From contig JAEPQK010000007.1 in NCBI GenBank assembly GCA_017640615.1, forward strand, positions 104,407 to 168,406: DNA of 64,000 nucleotides, in the 5' to 3' direction. The notes beneath the pieces were generated by a model. That model was not told the origin of the DNA. It saw only the letters and a program-made list of their open reading frames with translations, and ran no database searches. Source of the DNA: Rhizobiaceae bacterium (GTDB taxonomy: Bacteria > Pseudomonadota > Alphaproteobacteria > Rhizobiales > Rhizobiaceae). Of the stretch, positions 19,890 through 28,767 are shown in pieces. Numbering within the stretch: the first letter of the stretch is position 1; the number at the start of each line of letters is the position of its first letter. A program made the position numbers and the translations under genes.

Positions 19890-20782
19890 TGGAACGGGTG
19901 AAGATAGCCGACGGTCTCGAATTCTCGCGCATTGTTTATGGCACCTGGCGCCTGGGCGACGACAGCGACACGTCGGCAAAGCATATCCAGGCCAAGATCG
20001 AGAGCTGCCTTGAGCAGGGGATCACCACGATCGACCAGGCCGATATTTATGGCGGCTACACAGCCGAGGCCCTGCTCGGCTCGGCATTCAAGGCCGCTCC
20101 ATCGTTGCGCGAAAAACTCGAGATCGTCACCAAATGCGGCATCGTTGCCCCAGCCGGGCGCTACTCCGATGCGCGGGTGAAATACTACGATACCTCGGCC
20201 GATCACATTCGCCGGTCGATCGAACATTCGCTCAAGGAAATGAGTATCGAGACCATCGATCTGCTGCTTATTCACCGTCCGGACCCTTTCATGGATCACC
20301 ATGAAACGGGCGGCGCGCTCGATGAGGCAGTTGCCAGCGGCAAGGTGCGCACGGTCGGCGTTTCGAACTTCCGTCCTTATGACTTCTCGCTGCTCCAGTC
20401 GGCAATGAAAAATCGTCTGGTGACCAATCAGATCGAGCTTTCGCTGCAATGCCACGAGCCATTTGTGAACGGCGACGTCGCCTATCTGCAGGAGCGCGAT
20501 CTTTCGCCGATGGCCTGGTCGCCGCTCGGCGGTGGTCAACTCTTTAGCAATGCCGGCTCAGAGCTGACGTCGAAGATCGATCGGCTTGCCAAGGCGAATG
20601 GTGTCGATGCGGCTTCCATTGCGATCGCTTGGCTGCTCGCACATCCCGCAAAGATATTGCCGGTCATGGGCACGAACCGCCTGGATCGCATTGCACTGTT
20701 CTCGGATGCGATGAAGGTCGGGATGGATCGCGAGACCTGGTTTGAGCTCTACACCGCCGCGCTAGGGCGAGAGGTTGCCTGA
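19889..20782 (+). CDS. aldo/keto reductase (YdhF-like; SmoB-like by context)
   Basis: MERVKIADGLEFSRIVYGTWRLGDD... is an AKR N-terminus, and DIYGGYTAE resembles the AKR active-site region. TGATG overlap with the upstream stop. Confidence 0.85.
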   Translation: MERVKIADGLEFSRIVYGTWRLGDDSDTSAKHIQAKIESCLEQGITTIDQADIYGGYTAEALLGSAFKAAPSLREKLEIVTKCGIVAPAGRYSDARVKYYDTSADHIRRSIEHSLKEMSIETIDLLLIHRPDPFMDHHETGGALDEAVASGKVRTVGVSNFRPYDFSLLQSAMKNRLVTNQIELSLQCHEPFVNGDVAYLQERDLSPMAWSPLGGGQLFSNAGSELTSKIDRLAKANGVDAASIAIAWLLAHPAKILPVMGTNRLDRIALFSDAMKVGMDRETWFELYTAALGREVA

Positions 20783-21315
20783 TGTACCATTTTGCCGATC
20801 AGGGGAATTCGATGAGAAGCTTTGTCCCCGGCCCGGAGAGGACACGCGAGTTCCGCGACGCCCTCGGGCGATTTGCAACCGGAGTTACTGTCGTCACCAC
20901 GCAAACGAACCAAGGCCCGGTTGGCATCACGGCCAACAGCTTTGCATCGGTCTCTCTCGACCCGCCGATCGTGCTGTGGTCGATCGGCCGGCACTCCAAG
21001 CGCTTTGCCGCATTCGCCGAGTGCGAGCATTTCGCGGTCCACATTCTTGGCGCGGAGCAGATCAGCCTGAGCCGCCGCTTCGCCAAGGCCGGAAATGCCT
21101 TTGCCGGGCTCGGCTTCGTCCGCAATGACGTCGGCGTACCTCTTCTCGATGGGTGCCTGTCCCGTTTCGAATGCCGGCGTATAGCCGGGCACGAAGGCGG
21201 CGACCATCTCATCATGCTGGGAAAGGTGGCCAATGCGACGCTGCGCGACGGCGAGCCGCTGCTCTTCGCGGGCGGTGACTATGGCCGCTTCGACGGCTTT
21301 ACGCCTGTCGCGTAA
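20782..21315 (+). CDS. flavin reductase family protein (HpaC/SsuE-type partner; SmoA-like by context)
   Basis: FRDALGRFATGVTVVTT...GITANSFASVSLDPPIVLWSI is the flavin reductase-like domain signature. TGATG overlap with the AKR stop. Confidence 0.85.
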   Translation: MYHFADQGNSMRSFVPGPERTREFRDALGRFATGVTVVTTQTNQGPVGITANSFASVSLDPPIVLWSIGRHSKRFAAFAECEHFAVHILGAEQISLSRRFAKAGNAFAGLGFVRNDVGVPLLDGCLSRFECRRIAGHEGGDHLIMLGKVANATLRDGEPLLFAGGDYGRFDGFTPVA

Positions 21316-21318
21316 ATA

Positions 21319-22422
21319 TCAGATTCGCTTCGTCTGATAGCGCTCTGAAAGCGAACGTCCGGTTTCCGCGTCGAAGAGATGGGCCAGAGCCGGGTCGATC
21401 TCGACGTGGATGACTTCGCCCGGTTCAACTGGAACCTGCCCCTGCATATGAACGGTGATATCGGTCCCGTCCGGAACGATTCCGTAGACAAAGGTCTCGC
21501 CGCCAAGCTGTTCAACAGACTTGGCTTCGACCGGCATGCCATCACCGTCTTTCGAAAGGCGCAGATGGTTGGGACGAATACCAAGCTCGACAGAGGTGCC
21601 CGGCGCCACTGCGAAGCGTGACCTGTCGAGCGCGAGTTCGGCGCCCTCGGACACGAACCTGATCCCCGCCACTTCACCATCGGCGACTGTGCCGCCAATG
21701 AAGTTCATCTTCGGCGAGCCGATAAAGCGCGCAACGAAGCTGTTTGCTGGATGGTTGTAAAGATCGAGCGGCGCGCCGAACTGTTCGAGCAAGCCGGCGC
21801 GCAGAACCGCGATCTTGTCGGCCATGGTCATTGCTTCCACCTGATCGTGGGTCACATAGACCATCGTGTTGCCGAGCTTGCGGTGGAGTGTCGATATCTC
21901 GCCGCGCGTAGCCACACGGAGCTCCGCGTCGAGGTTCGACAGAGGTTCGTCGAACAGGAAGATCCGCGGTTCGCGTACAACCGCACGCCCGATCGCGACA
22001 CGTTGGCGCTGGCCGCCAGAGAGCTGACCGGGCCGTCGGTCAAGATAGTCCTCGATCTGTAGCATTCGCGCGGCTTCATTGACGCGCATGTCGATTTCCG
22101 GCCGTGGCATATTCACGTTTTCCAGGCCGAACGAGAGGTTGCTGCGCACGCTCATATGCGGATAGAGCGCGTAGGACTGGAACACCATCGCAAGCCCGCG
22201 CTTGGCGGCGGGAATGGCGTTCACGACCTCACCGTCGATGGCAACTTCGCCGGCGGTGATATCTTCCAGCCCGGCGATCATTCTCAGCAGGGTTGATTTG
22301 CCGCAGCCGGATGGGCCAACAAACACGCAGAATTCGCCCGATGGAATATCAAGGTCGATGCCATGGATGGCGGGGACCTTGCCGTAGCGCTTTTTGACTG
22401 CCCGAAGTTCTAGCCTAGCCAT
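21319..22422 (-). CDS. sugar ABC transporter ATP-binding protein (MalK/UgpC-like)
   Basis: Walker [10 protein letters not shown], signature LSGGQRQR, Walker [12 protein letters not shown]. Its stop lies 3 bp from the convergent flavin reductase stop. Confidence 0.9.
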   Translation of the reverse strand: MARLELRAVKKRYGKVPAIHGIDLDIPSGEFCVFVGPSGCGKSTLLRMIAGLEDITAGEVAIDGEVVNAIPAAKRGLAMVFQSYALYPHMSVRSNLSFGLENVNMPRPEIDMRVNEAARMLQIEDYLDRRPGQLSGGQRQRVAIGRAVVREPRIFLFDEPLSNLDAELRVATRGEISTLHRKLGNTMVYVTHDQVEAMTMADKIAVLRAGLLEQFGAPLDLYNHPANSFVARFIGSPKMNFIGGTVADGEVAGIRFVSEGAELALDRSRFAVAPGTSVELGIRPNHLRLSKDGDGMPVEAKSVEQLGGETFVYGIVPDGTDITVHMQGQVPVEPGEVIHVEIDPALAHLFDAETGRSLSERYQTKRI

Positions 22423-22429
22423 CTGACAC

Positions 22430-23866
22430 CTATTTCATGCCGGAATTGGCGATACCGGTGGTGATGTATCGCTGCAGGAAAACGAAGACGAGCGTGGTCG
22501 GGATCAGGCTGACCACCGTCATCGCAAGCCGGTAATGCTCCTGGCTGATGTGCTCGCCTCGGAACTCAAGCAGGCATAGCTGGATCGTGTAAGCTTCCTT
22601 GGTCGTCGAGATCGCGACCATGGGGATAATGAGATCGTTCCAGCGCCAGATGATGGAAAGAATGCCGAGTGCCGCGATCGCCGGCAGTGCCAGCGGCAAC
22701 ACGATGCGCCAGTAGACTTTCCACTCGCTGGCAGAATCCATGCGTGCCGCTTCCATAAGTTCGTCAGGGATGGTCAGCATGTACTGCCTGAGCAGGAACA
22801 CGCCCGCCGGCGTCGCGGCGCCCGGTATGATCACACCCCAGATAGAACCTGACAGCCCGGTCGCGTTGATCGCCTTGAATACGCCGACCAGCGTGATCGT
22901 TGCCGGCACCATGAGCGTGGTCAGGATGATCGTCAGAAACAGAACCTGACCGCGAAAGCGGTATTTCGACAGAGCGAATCCGGCCATCGAATTGATCAAC
23001 AGGGTGATGATCGTCGCGATGATCGTAACCAGCACCGAATTGGTGATGCATGTCGCGAAATTGACGTTCACGCCGTAAGCCTTGCCGCGCAACGGGTCGA
23101 GATAGTTGCCCCAGGCCGGCCGAAATTTGCGGCTCGCCGTGACGGTTTCGACCGGCAAACGCACCACACCCTCAATCGAACCATCGACGGCGCGACCCGG
23201 AAGGAATTCGGCCTGCGGATTGATGTCCGGTATGGCCCATTCCATGGCTTCGCCGGTTTCCGGATTGGGCGCTGTGACCAGTACCTGCGTCACAAGCCGG
23301 TTGGGATCGAAAGGCGAGACGCCGAGATACTCTTTGATGAGGCGCACCTCGTCCGGTGCGAGGCCCTGTAGTGCGCCTTCCAGATCGAACGCCTTTCGAG
23401 CGTCGTCGGTGAGCGAATTGTAGCGGTTCAGCCAGTCGGGCAGATTTTTCTGCGCAATCAGTGCGCGGGCTGCTTCAGGCACCTGATCGAGATGGCTTCG
23501 CAGTGCGTAATATTCACGGCCGCTATACGCCGTCAGAAAGGCCTCTACGTCGATATCGGCCTGCTCGCTTGCCGAAAGACTACGCCAGTTGAGCACCCAG
23601 TCGGGCAGGTCCGAAATGATGAAAATCTCGCGTCCGTCCGGTCCGTTGACGGTCGCGCGCGCGACACGCTCATAGTCGCCCGGCAGCAGCGAAAGATCCT
23701 GCTTTTCGATCTGGAATGCCGTCTTGACCGAATTGATGCCAAGCCAGAGAACCGGCAGGAAAATGATCAGAAAGCCGAGCAGCAGATAAGCGTAGGCAAC
23801 CCAGTCGGTCCACGAGAGCCGATTGCGGCCCTGCGTTCTGGTAAGGAACTCCCAGACCGTGCTCAT
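22430..23866 (-). CDS. carbohydrate ABC transporter permease with a ~200-aa periplasmic insertion after TM1
   Basis: C-terminal half is a MalG-type permease (EAARMDSASEWKVYWRIVLPLALPA). Residues ~50-260 are a hydrophilic insert between TM1 and TM2. Confidence 0.85.
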   Translation of the reverse strand: MSTVWEFLTRTQGRNRLSWTDWVAYAYLLLGFLIIFLPVLWLGINSVKTAFQIEKQDLSLLPGDYERVARATVNGPDGREIFIISDLPDWVLNWRSLSASEQADIDVEAFLTAYSGREYYALRSHLDQVPEAARALIAQKNLPDWLNRYNSLTDDARKAFDLEGALQGLAPDEVRLIKEYLGVSPFDPNRLVTQVLVTAPNPETGEAMEWAIPDINPQAEFLPGRAVDGSIEGVVRLPVETVTASRKFRPAWGNYLDPLRGKAYGVNVNFATCITNSVLVTIIATIITLLINSMAGFALSKYRFRGQVLFLTIILTTLMVPATITLVGVFKAINATGLSGSIWGVIIPGAATPAGVFLLRQYMLTIPDELMEAARMDSASEWKVYWRIVLPLALPAIAALGILSIIWRWNDLIIPMVAISTTKEAYTIQLCLLEFRGEHISQEHYRLAMTVVSLIPTTLVFVFLQRYITTGIANSGMK

Positions 23867-24924
23867 CGCGCGTTCCGCCCTGACAGAGCAATCTGGGCGA
23901 CCGATAGAAGCGCCAGCACGCCCGCGGCGATCAGCGAGGCCGTAGCCGCAATGCCGAGGCCGTTGGCCGTGGGCTGACCACGCAAGCCGGCCGTCTCGAA
24001 GATATACGAGACAAGCGACATCCAGCTCACCTGCATTGCGTAGAGTTCCTCAAAGGCCTGAAACGCCTTGATGAGCGAAAGAACGGTGACGACGAGCAAA
24101 GTAGGCATGAGCAGCGGCAGCGTAATGCGCGTGAGCATGCGCCAGTCGGAGGTGCCGTCCATCTCGGCTGCTTCATAGAGGTCGCCGGGAATCGCCTGCA
24201 GACCAGCAAGCAGAATGAGCATGTAAAAGCCCAGATGCGCCCAGGTGTAGACGAGCACGGACCAGAACATGGTCCAGGCCGGATCGACCAGCCACTGTAT
24301 CGGCTCATCGATGATGCCCCAATCCATGAGCGTCAGAGACAAAAGCCCCTGGCGCTTCAGTATCAGCGTCCACAGGAAGCCGACGACAACCGGGCTCAGC
24401 ATGACTGGATAGAAAAAGATGGAGCGCCAGAAACCGCGCGCCACGATGTTGCGGTTCAACACAAGCGCGGTGACCAGAGAGAAGAACACCATGATCGGCA
24501 CCTGGAACACGACAAACACAGCCGTATCCATCACCGACCGGTGGAACTTGTCGTCTTCGAGATTTACGCCACCGGTGTCGATCTGCGTTTCGGCGAGCAG
24601 GCGCGACCAGTTGTCTGTGCCAGCGAACGGCCGGTCGCTGAAGTTGATGCTTTGTCCCTCGGTGAAGGAAAAGCCGACATTTATGAACAGCGGCGCGAAG
24701 GTGTAGATGCCGAAGATCAGCAGATTGGGCAGCAAGAACAGGTAGGGCATCGGCCCTGCCCCGGCGAGCTTTTGTGCTAGCTCGATCGGCCACCCGACGA
24801 CGCCCATGACGCGGGCCTGCAGGCTACCGCGAGGGCGCGAAACAATCGCGCCGACAACAAAATAAGCGAGGATGGCGAAAGGCCAGCCGGAGCCGCCAAA
24901 GGCGGCTTCGATAGCGGTCCACAT
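23863..24924 (-). CDS. carbohydrate ABC transporter permease
   Basis: EAA loop EAAEMDGTSDWRMLTRITLPLLMPT. 4-nt overlap with the downstream permease. Confidence 0.85.
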   Translation of the reverse strand: MWTAIEAAFGGSGWPFAILAYFVVGAIVSRPRGSLQARVMGVVGWPIELAQKLAGAGPMPYLFLLPNLLIFGIYTFAPLFINVGFSFTEGQSINFSDRPFAGTDNWSRLLAETQIDTGGVNLEDDKFHRSVMDTAVFVVFQVPIMVFFSLVTALVLNRNIVARGFWRSIFFYPVMLSPVVVGFLWTLILKRQGLLSLTLMDWGIIDEPIQWLVDPAWTMFWSVLVYTWAHLGFYMLILLAGLQAIPGDLYEAAEMDGTSDWRMLTRITLPLLMPTLLVVTVLSLIKAFQAFEELYAMQVSWMSLVSYIFETAGLRGQPTANGLGIAATASLIAAGVLALLSVAQIALSGRNAR

Positions 24925-24957
24925 AGGGCGGCTCCGGTTGCTGGCCTAAGCCGGTTG

Positions 24958-26226
24958 CTATTCGGCGATTTTCGCGGCGACGTCGGCGTCGATCGCTGCG
25001 AGCGCGTCGTCCAGAGATATCTCACCAACGATCGCCTTCGTGATGTAGTCGGGCACGATGCCGTAAATCACGAAGTTCTTGGAGTAGCCCTGGAAGGTGA
25101 AGCCCTGTGGAGCCGTTTCGGCGGCCTTGGCGATTGAAGTTGAGAAGGTCGACAGGGCAGCTGAAACCGCAGGCTCGGTTGCGCCGTAGTCCACGCCTTT
25201 GGCGAGCAGGCCCTCATGCGCGGTGATAGACTTTGTGCCGGCGGCATATTTCGCCGCGTTCTCCTCGCGCGCCATGTAGGCGACGAAGCCCGCAGCCGCT
25301 TCCGGGTTCGCGGTCGATTTGAATGCGACCAGACCTGAACCGCCCGGCATGGCGCCACAACCGCCAGGTCCGCACGGAGCCGGCACAGCCCGCCACTCGA
25401 AGTCTTTGATGTTGCTCGCGTAGTTGTTGATCATCCACGAGCCGGACATGTGCATCGCGACCTTGCCCGACAGGAAAAGAGGCGCGGCGTTCTGATACTG
25501 CGTGCCGCTGCCGGCCGGCCAGCCCTCTACAGGCATCAAACCATTCTCATGCCAGCCGACGAAGGTCTCTGCGAAGCTGCGGAACCCATCGTCGACGAGA
25601 ATCGGTGTACCGCTTTCGTCAAAGAACTTCGCGCCATACGAGAAGGCGGGGCCGGCCCAGCGGTGCGCTGTACGGTCCATTGCCAGTCCGGCATCGAGGC
25701 CGAGCGTTTCCTTGACTTCCATCAGGGCCGCCGCCCAGTCTTCCCATGTCGCGCCCTCGCCAGGCATTTCGACGCCTGCATCGTCGAACATGGTCACATT
25801 CACATATGGGCCCGTGACAGTGAGCTCCATCTGCCAGCCGTAAATACCCATATCCTCGCCGCCGGGCCGGCGGTACCAGGGCAGCACAGCCTTGAAGTTC
25901 TGGTTGAAATAGTCGGCATCCACATGCGGCGTCAGGTCCAGATAGTACTGGTTGAGCCCACCCAGATTGTTGACGCGCGCAACATCGGGCGCAGCACCTG
26001 TCTGAAGCTGGTTTTCCAGCTGGTCGCGAACAACCTCGTAGCCAACCTTCTCGGTGATGACGGTGTGACCGGACTCCTCTTCGTAGCCCTTCGCGATTTC
26101 CTCCAGAACGTCGCACTCATTGCCGTTCTGGAAGCACAAAAACTTTATTTCGGCGGCGAAGGATGGCGCCGCAGGCGCGATTGCGCTGATCAGCACGCCG
26201 GCTGCAAGCCAGTTCTTGTAGAGCAT
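24958..26226 (-). CDS. carbohydrate ABC transporter substrate-binding protein (SmoF-like by context)
   Basis: Start moved to MLYKNWLAAGVLISAIAPAAPSFA (signal peptide), preceded by GGGAGGA. Confidence 0.85.
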   Translation of the reverse strand: MLYKNWLAAGVLISAIAPAAPSFAAEIKFLCFQNGNECDVLEEIAKGYEEESGHTVITEKVGYEVVRDQLENQLQTGAAPDVARVNNLGGLNQYYLDLTPHVDADYFNQNFKAVLPWYRRPGGEDMGIYGWQMELTVTGPYVNVTMFDDAGVEMPGEGATWEDWAAALMEVKETLGLDAGLAMDRTAHRWAGPAFSYGAKFFDESGTPILVDDGFRSFAETFVGWHENGLMPVEGWPAGSGTQYQNAAPLFLSGKVAMHMSGSWMINNYASNIKDFEWRAVPAPCGPGGCGAMPGGSGLVAFKSTANPEAAAGFVAYMAREENAAKYAAGTKSITAHEGLLAKGVDYGATEPAVSAALSTFSTSIAKAAETAPQGFTFQGYSKNFVIYGIVPDYITKAIVGEISLDDALAAIDADVAAKIAE

Positions 26227-26359
26227 TTCAGTTCCTCCCATTGGACCACCCGCGTGGTTCCTGATTGACTCGTTGGCTGCGCGATCAACCACATATCCGG
26301 CTCAAAGGGCATGCGAGCGGGCGCACTGCCATGTTAAAATTTAACAGCCTTTCACGAAA

Positions 26360-26379
26360 TAGATCAATAGTGTATCAAT
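26360..26379. promoter_or_regulatory. candidate GntR/HutC operator (TAGATCAATAGTGTATCAAT), copy 2
   Basis: Identical 20-mer in inverted orientation, in the divergent region between the binding-protein/ABC operon and the Gfo/Idh/MocA gene. Confidence 0.6.
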
Positions 26380-26476
26380 CGTGCCGGTCGCGCGGCCAAA
26401 TGGCCCGCGATCTTGCCACAGATGACGTCCGGCAGAGAGAACCACTGACCGCGCGCAATCTCTCCCGGGAGGACAT

Positions 26477-27568
26477 ATGACAATTCGATACGGTATCCTC
26501 GGCGCCGGCTTCATGGGCCAGGAGCATATTCGCAATATCGGCTTCATCGACGGTTGCGAGGTAACCGCCTTCTATGAGCCCGACGCGGCAATGAGAGCGT
26601 CCGCGCAGACGCTCGTTCCAAACGCGAAAGACTGCGCATCTCTGGAAGAGTTGCTTGGGCACAAGGACATCGACGCTCTCGTCATCGCGACACCCAACTA
26701 CCAGCATGCCGGACAGCTGCGTGAAATCTCAGCGATACGTCAGCTTCCCATCCTGGTCGAAAAGCCGCTCGTCGTGCGCGCGGAAGATCGCGGCGTGATC
26801 GAAGACCTGGAGAAGACCTATTCCGCCCCAATCTGGGTCGGCATGGAGTATCGCTACATGCCACCGCTGAAACGGTTTCTGGAGGAAGTCGAAGAGGCTA
26901 CCGGCGGTGTGCGTCATGTCAGCATTCGCGAACACCGATTTCCGTTTCTGGTGAAGGTGGGCAACTGGAACCGATTCAACAAAAACACCGGCGGGACGCT
27001 GGTCGAAAAATGCTGTCATTTTTTCGATCTTATGCGCCTGATCGCACAGGCTGACCCGGTACGCGTTCAAGGTTCGGGCTGGCAAGCAGTGAACCACAAG
27101 GATGAAGGCGGTGAAGGCGTCCCGGACATCTGGGACGCCGCGTTTGCAATCGTCGATTTCGACACCGGAACGCGCGCGATGCTCGATCTGTGTATGTTTG
27201 CCGAAGGTGCGCATTATCAGGAAGAGATCACCGCTGTCGGCCCCAAGGGCAGAATTGATTGCCTGATTCCGGGTCCGTCGCGTCGCTGGCCGGCGCATCT
27301 CGGCGATCAACCCAACGCAAAAATTGTCATCTGGCCGCGCGACATGAGCCGCAAGATCGAGATACCGATGCCTGTGGATCACACGCTGGCGGGTGCCGGC
27401 GATCATCACGGCTCGACCTATTTCCAGCACATCGCATTCCGCGACATGCTGCTAAATGGCGGAAAGCCTGCGGTGACATTGCGCGACGGCTGGCTCGCAG
27501 CCGAGATGGGCATGGCGGCACAGCAAGCATCAGAAACCGGCTCCGCGGTCTCCATCCAGGCACCATAG
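26477..27568 (+). CDS. Gfo/Idh/MocA-family NAD-binding oxidoreductase (candidate NAD-dependent sulfoquinovosidase, see findings)
   Basis: N-terminal Rossmann motif IRYGILGAGFMGQEHIRNI, with EKPL in the usual position. Divergent from the binding-protein/ABC operon. Confidence 0.85.
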   Translation: MTIRYGILGAGFMGQEHIRNIGFIDGCEVTAFYEPDAAMRASAQTLVPNAKDCASLEELLGHKDIDALVIATPNYQHAGQLREISAIRQLPILVEKPLVVRAEDRGVIEDLEKTYSAPIWVGMEYRYMPPLKRFLEEVEEATGGVRHVSIREHRFPFLVKVGNWNRFNKNTGGTLVEKCCHFFDLMRLIAQADPVRVQGSGWQAVNHKDEGGEGVPDIWDAAFAIVDFDTGTRAMLDLCMFAEGAHYQEEITAVGPKGRIDCLIPGPSRRWPAHLGDQPNAKIVIWPRDMSRKIEIPMPVDHTLAGAGDHHGSTYFQHIAFRDMLLNGGKPAVTLRDGWLAAEMGMAAQQASETGSAVSIQAP

Positions 27569-27626
27569 ACAGACGCTACCGGCTGACCGACTCCAAGTAC
27601 CTGGCGACGCAATTCGCTCCAGTGCG

Positions 27627-27644
27627 CTCCCTCATTTGGGAGAG
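27627..27644 (+). promoter_or_regulatory. island palindrome S0: CTCCCTCATTTGGGAGAG
   Basis: 18-bp imperfect palindrome 61 nt upstream of the DUF3137-like copy 1 ATG. Confidence 0.6.
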
Positions 27645-27705
27645 GCAAAACCACGACGATGACGGCAATTTCCGGCGGCACGATCACCAGCGACGAGAGC
27701 CGGAC

Positions 27706-28674
27706 ATGGACGACAGACCCGCCACAGCCGCGAGCAGCGGCGACGGCTTCGACTCATATTTCCAGCGCGAGGTCGAACCGGCGCTCGATGCGCTGGAAGA
27801 AAAGCGTGCGACACACGTTCTTTACGTCAAGATTCTGCTCGCAGTCGCAGCGCTGTTTCTGGCAGTCATTCTGTTCAAGGCTTTGACGCGGGACGGCGCG
27901 TCCGAGCAGCTCTTTGAAAACCAGCTGGTCGGGCTCGCCGTTTTTGCGCTCATGTTCATTCCGCTGGTTGCTGCCTTCCTGATCTACCACCGGCTGACAC
28001 GTGCCTATAAGGGCGTGCTCACCGGCAGGATCTGTGACTATTTCGGCTTTGAGTTCGAGGCGCGCGGCTTCGACTTTCCGGTCAACGATTTCGCGGCAGT
28101 GATCCCTCCTTACCGCAGGAAGCAGCTCGAAGACCGGATTGCTGGCCAACACGACGGGGTCAACTTTGCCCTTTGCGAAGCCCGCTTGATGCGCCGTTCC
28201 GACGGCAAGGACAGCGAGGACAAGGAAGTCTTCCGGGGCCTGCTCCTGGCGTTCGAATTGCTCGAGCCATTCAAGGGCGAGACGGTTCTGACACCGGACT
28301 GGGGCGGCGCCGTCAATCTGCTCGAGAGCTGGAGGCAGAAGGGCGAGCGCGTGCTGCTGGAAGGAATCGAATTCGAGGAAACCTTCGAGGTCTACTCCAC
28401 CGATCCGCTAGAAGCGCGTGCCATCCTCACACCGCTCTTCATGGAACGGGTGATGCAACTTGCCGAGCATCTCGGCAGTCGCAAAGGCGTGAGCCTTGCG
28501 TTTCAGGGAAACCGGCTTCTTCTGGCGATCAGGCATTTGCGCACCGAGGGCCGGTTCGAGGCAGGGCACGTCTTCTCCGAGATCGACAATTGGCCTGAAC
28601 GCGCTCAGCGCGTGAAAGATCAGATCGAAACCGTTCTCGGTATCGTCGATGTGTTGAAACTCAGGCCTGTCTGA
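27706..28674 (+). CDS. DUF3137-like membrane protein (copy 1)
   Basis: In frame with ORF 27259..28674, which overlaps the previous gene; start set to ATG 27706. Two N-terminal TM helices (ILLAVAALFLAVILF, LAVFALMFIPLVAAFLIY) then a soluble domain. Architecture and LemA neighbourhood match what I recall of DUF3137; needs an HMM. Confidence 0.6.
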   Translation: MDDRPATAASSGDGFDSYFQREVEPALDALEEKRATHVLYVKILLAVAALFLAVILFKALTRDGASEQLFENQLVGLAVFALMFIPLVAAFLIYHRLTRAYKGVLTGRICDYFGFEFEARGFDFPVNDFAAVIPPYRRKQLEDRIAGQHDGVNFALCEARLMRRSDGKDSEDKEVFRGLLLAFELLEPFKGETVLTPDWGGAVNLLESWRQKGERVLLEGIEFEETFEVYSTDPLEARAILTPLFMERVMQLAEHLGSRKGVSLAFQGNRLLLAIRHLRTEGRFEAGHVFSEIDNWPERAQRVKDQIETVLGIVDVLKLRPV

Positions 28675-28690
28675 GCCGCTGATCTCGAAA

Positions 28691-28708
28691 CTCCCCCAAA
28701 TGGGAGAG
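28691..28708 (+). promoter_or_regulatory. island palindrome S1: CTCCCCCAAATGGGAGAG
   Basis: 59 nt upstream of the lemA ATG and 16 nt after the preceding stop. Confidence 0.6.
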
Positions 28709-28767
28709 TGCCCGCGCCACGTTTTCCGCGAAACGAAAGGTGGAAAATACAGCAGATTGGGCACCCC

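Noticed and set aside
26460-26473. CTCTCCCGGGAGGA just upstream of the Gfo/Idh/MocA ATG
   Set aside because: The half-sites are similar, but there is no spacer and the arm is imperfect. GGGAGGA is positioned as the RBS, so I treat it as a coincidence or RBS context.
27259-27705. N-terminal 149-aa extension of the DUF3137-like ORF
   Set aside because: It overlaps the 3' third of the Gfo/Idh/MocA gene in another frame, and palindrome S0 lies inside it. ATG 27706 gives a normal protein.
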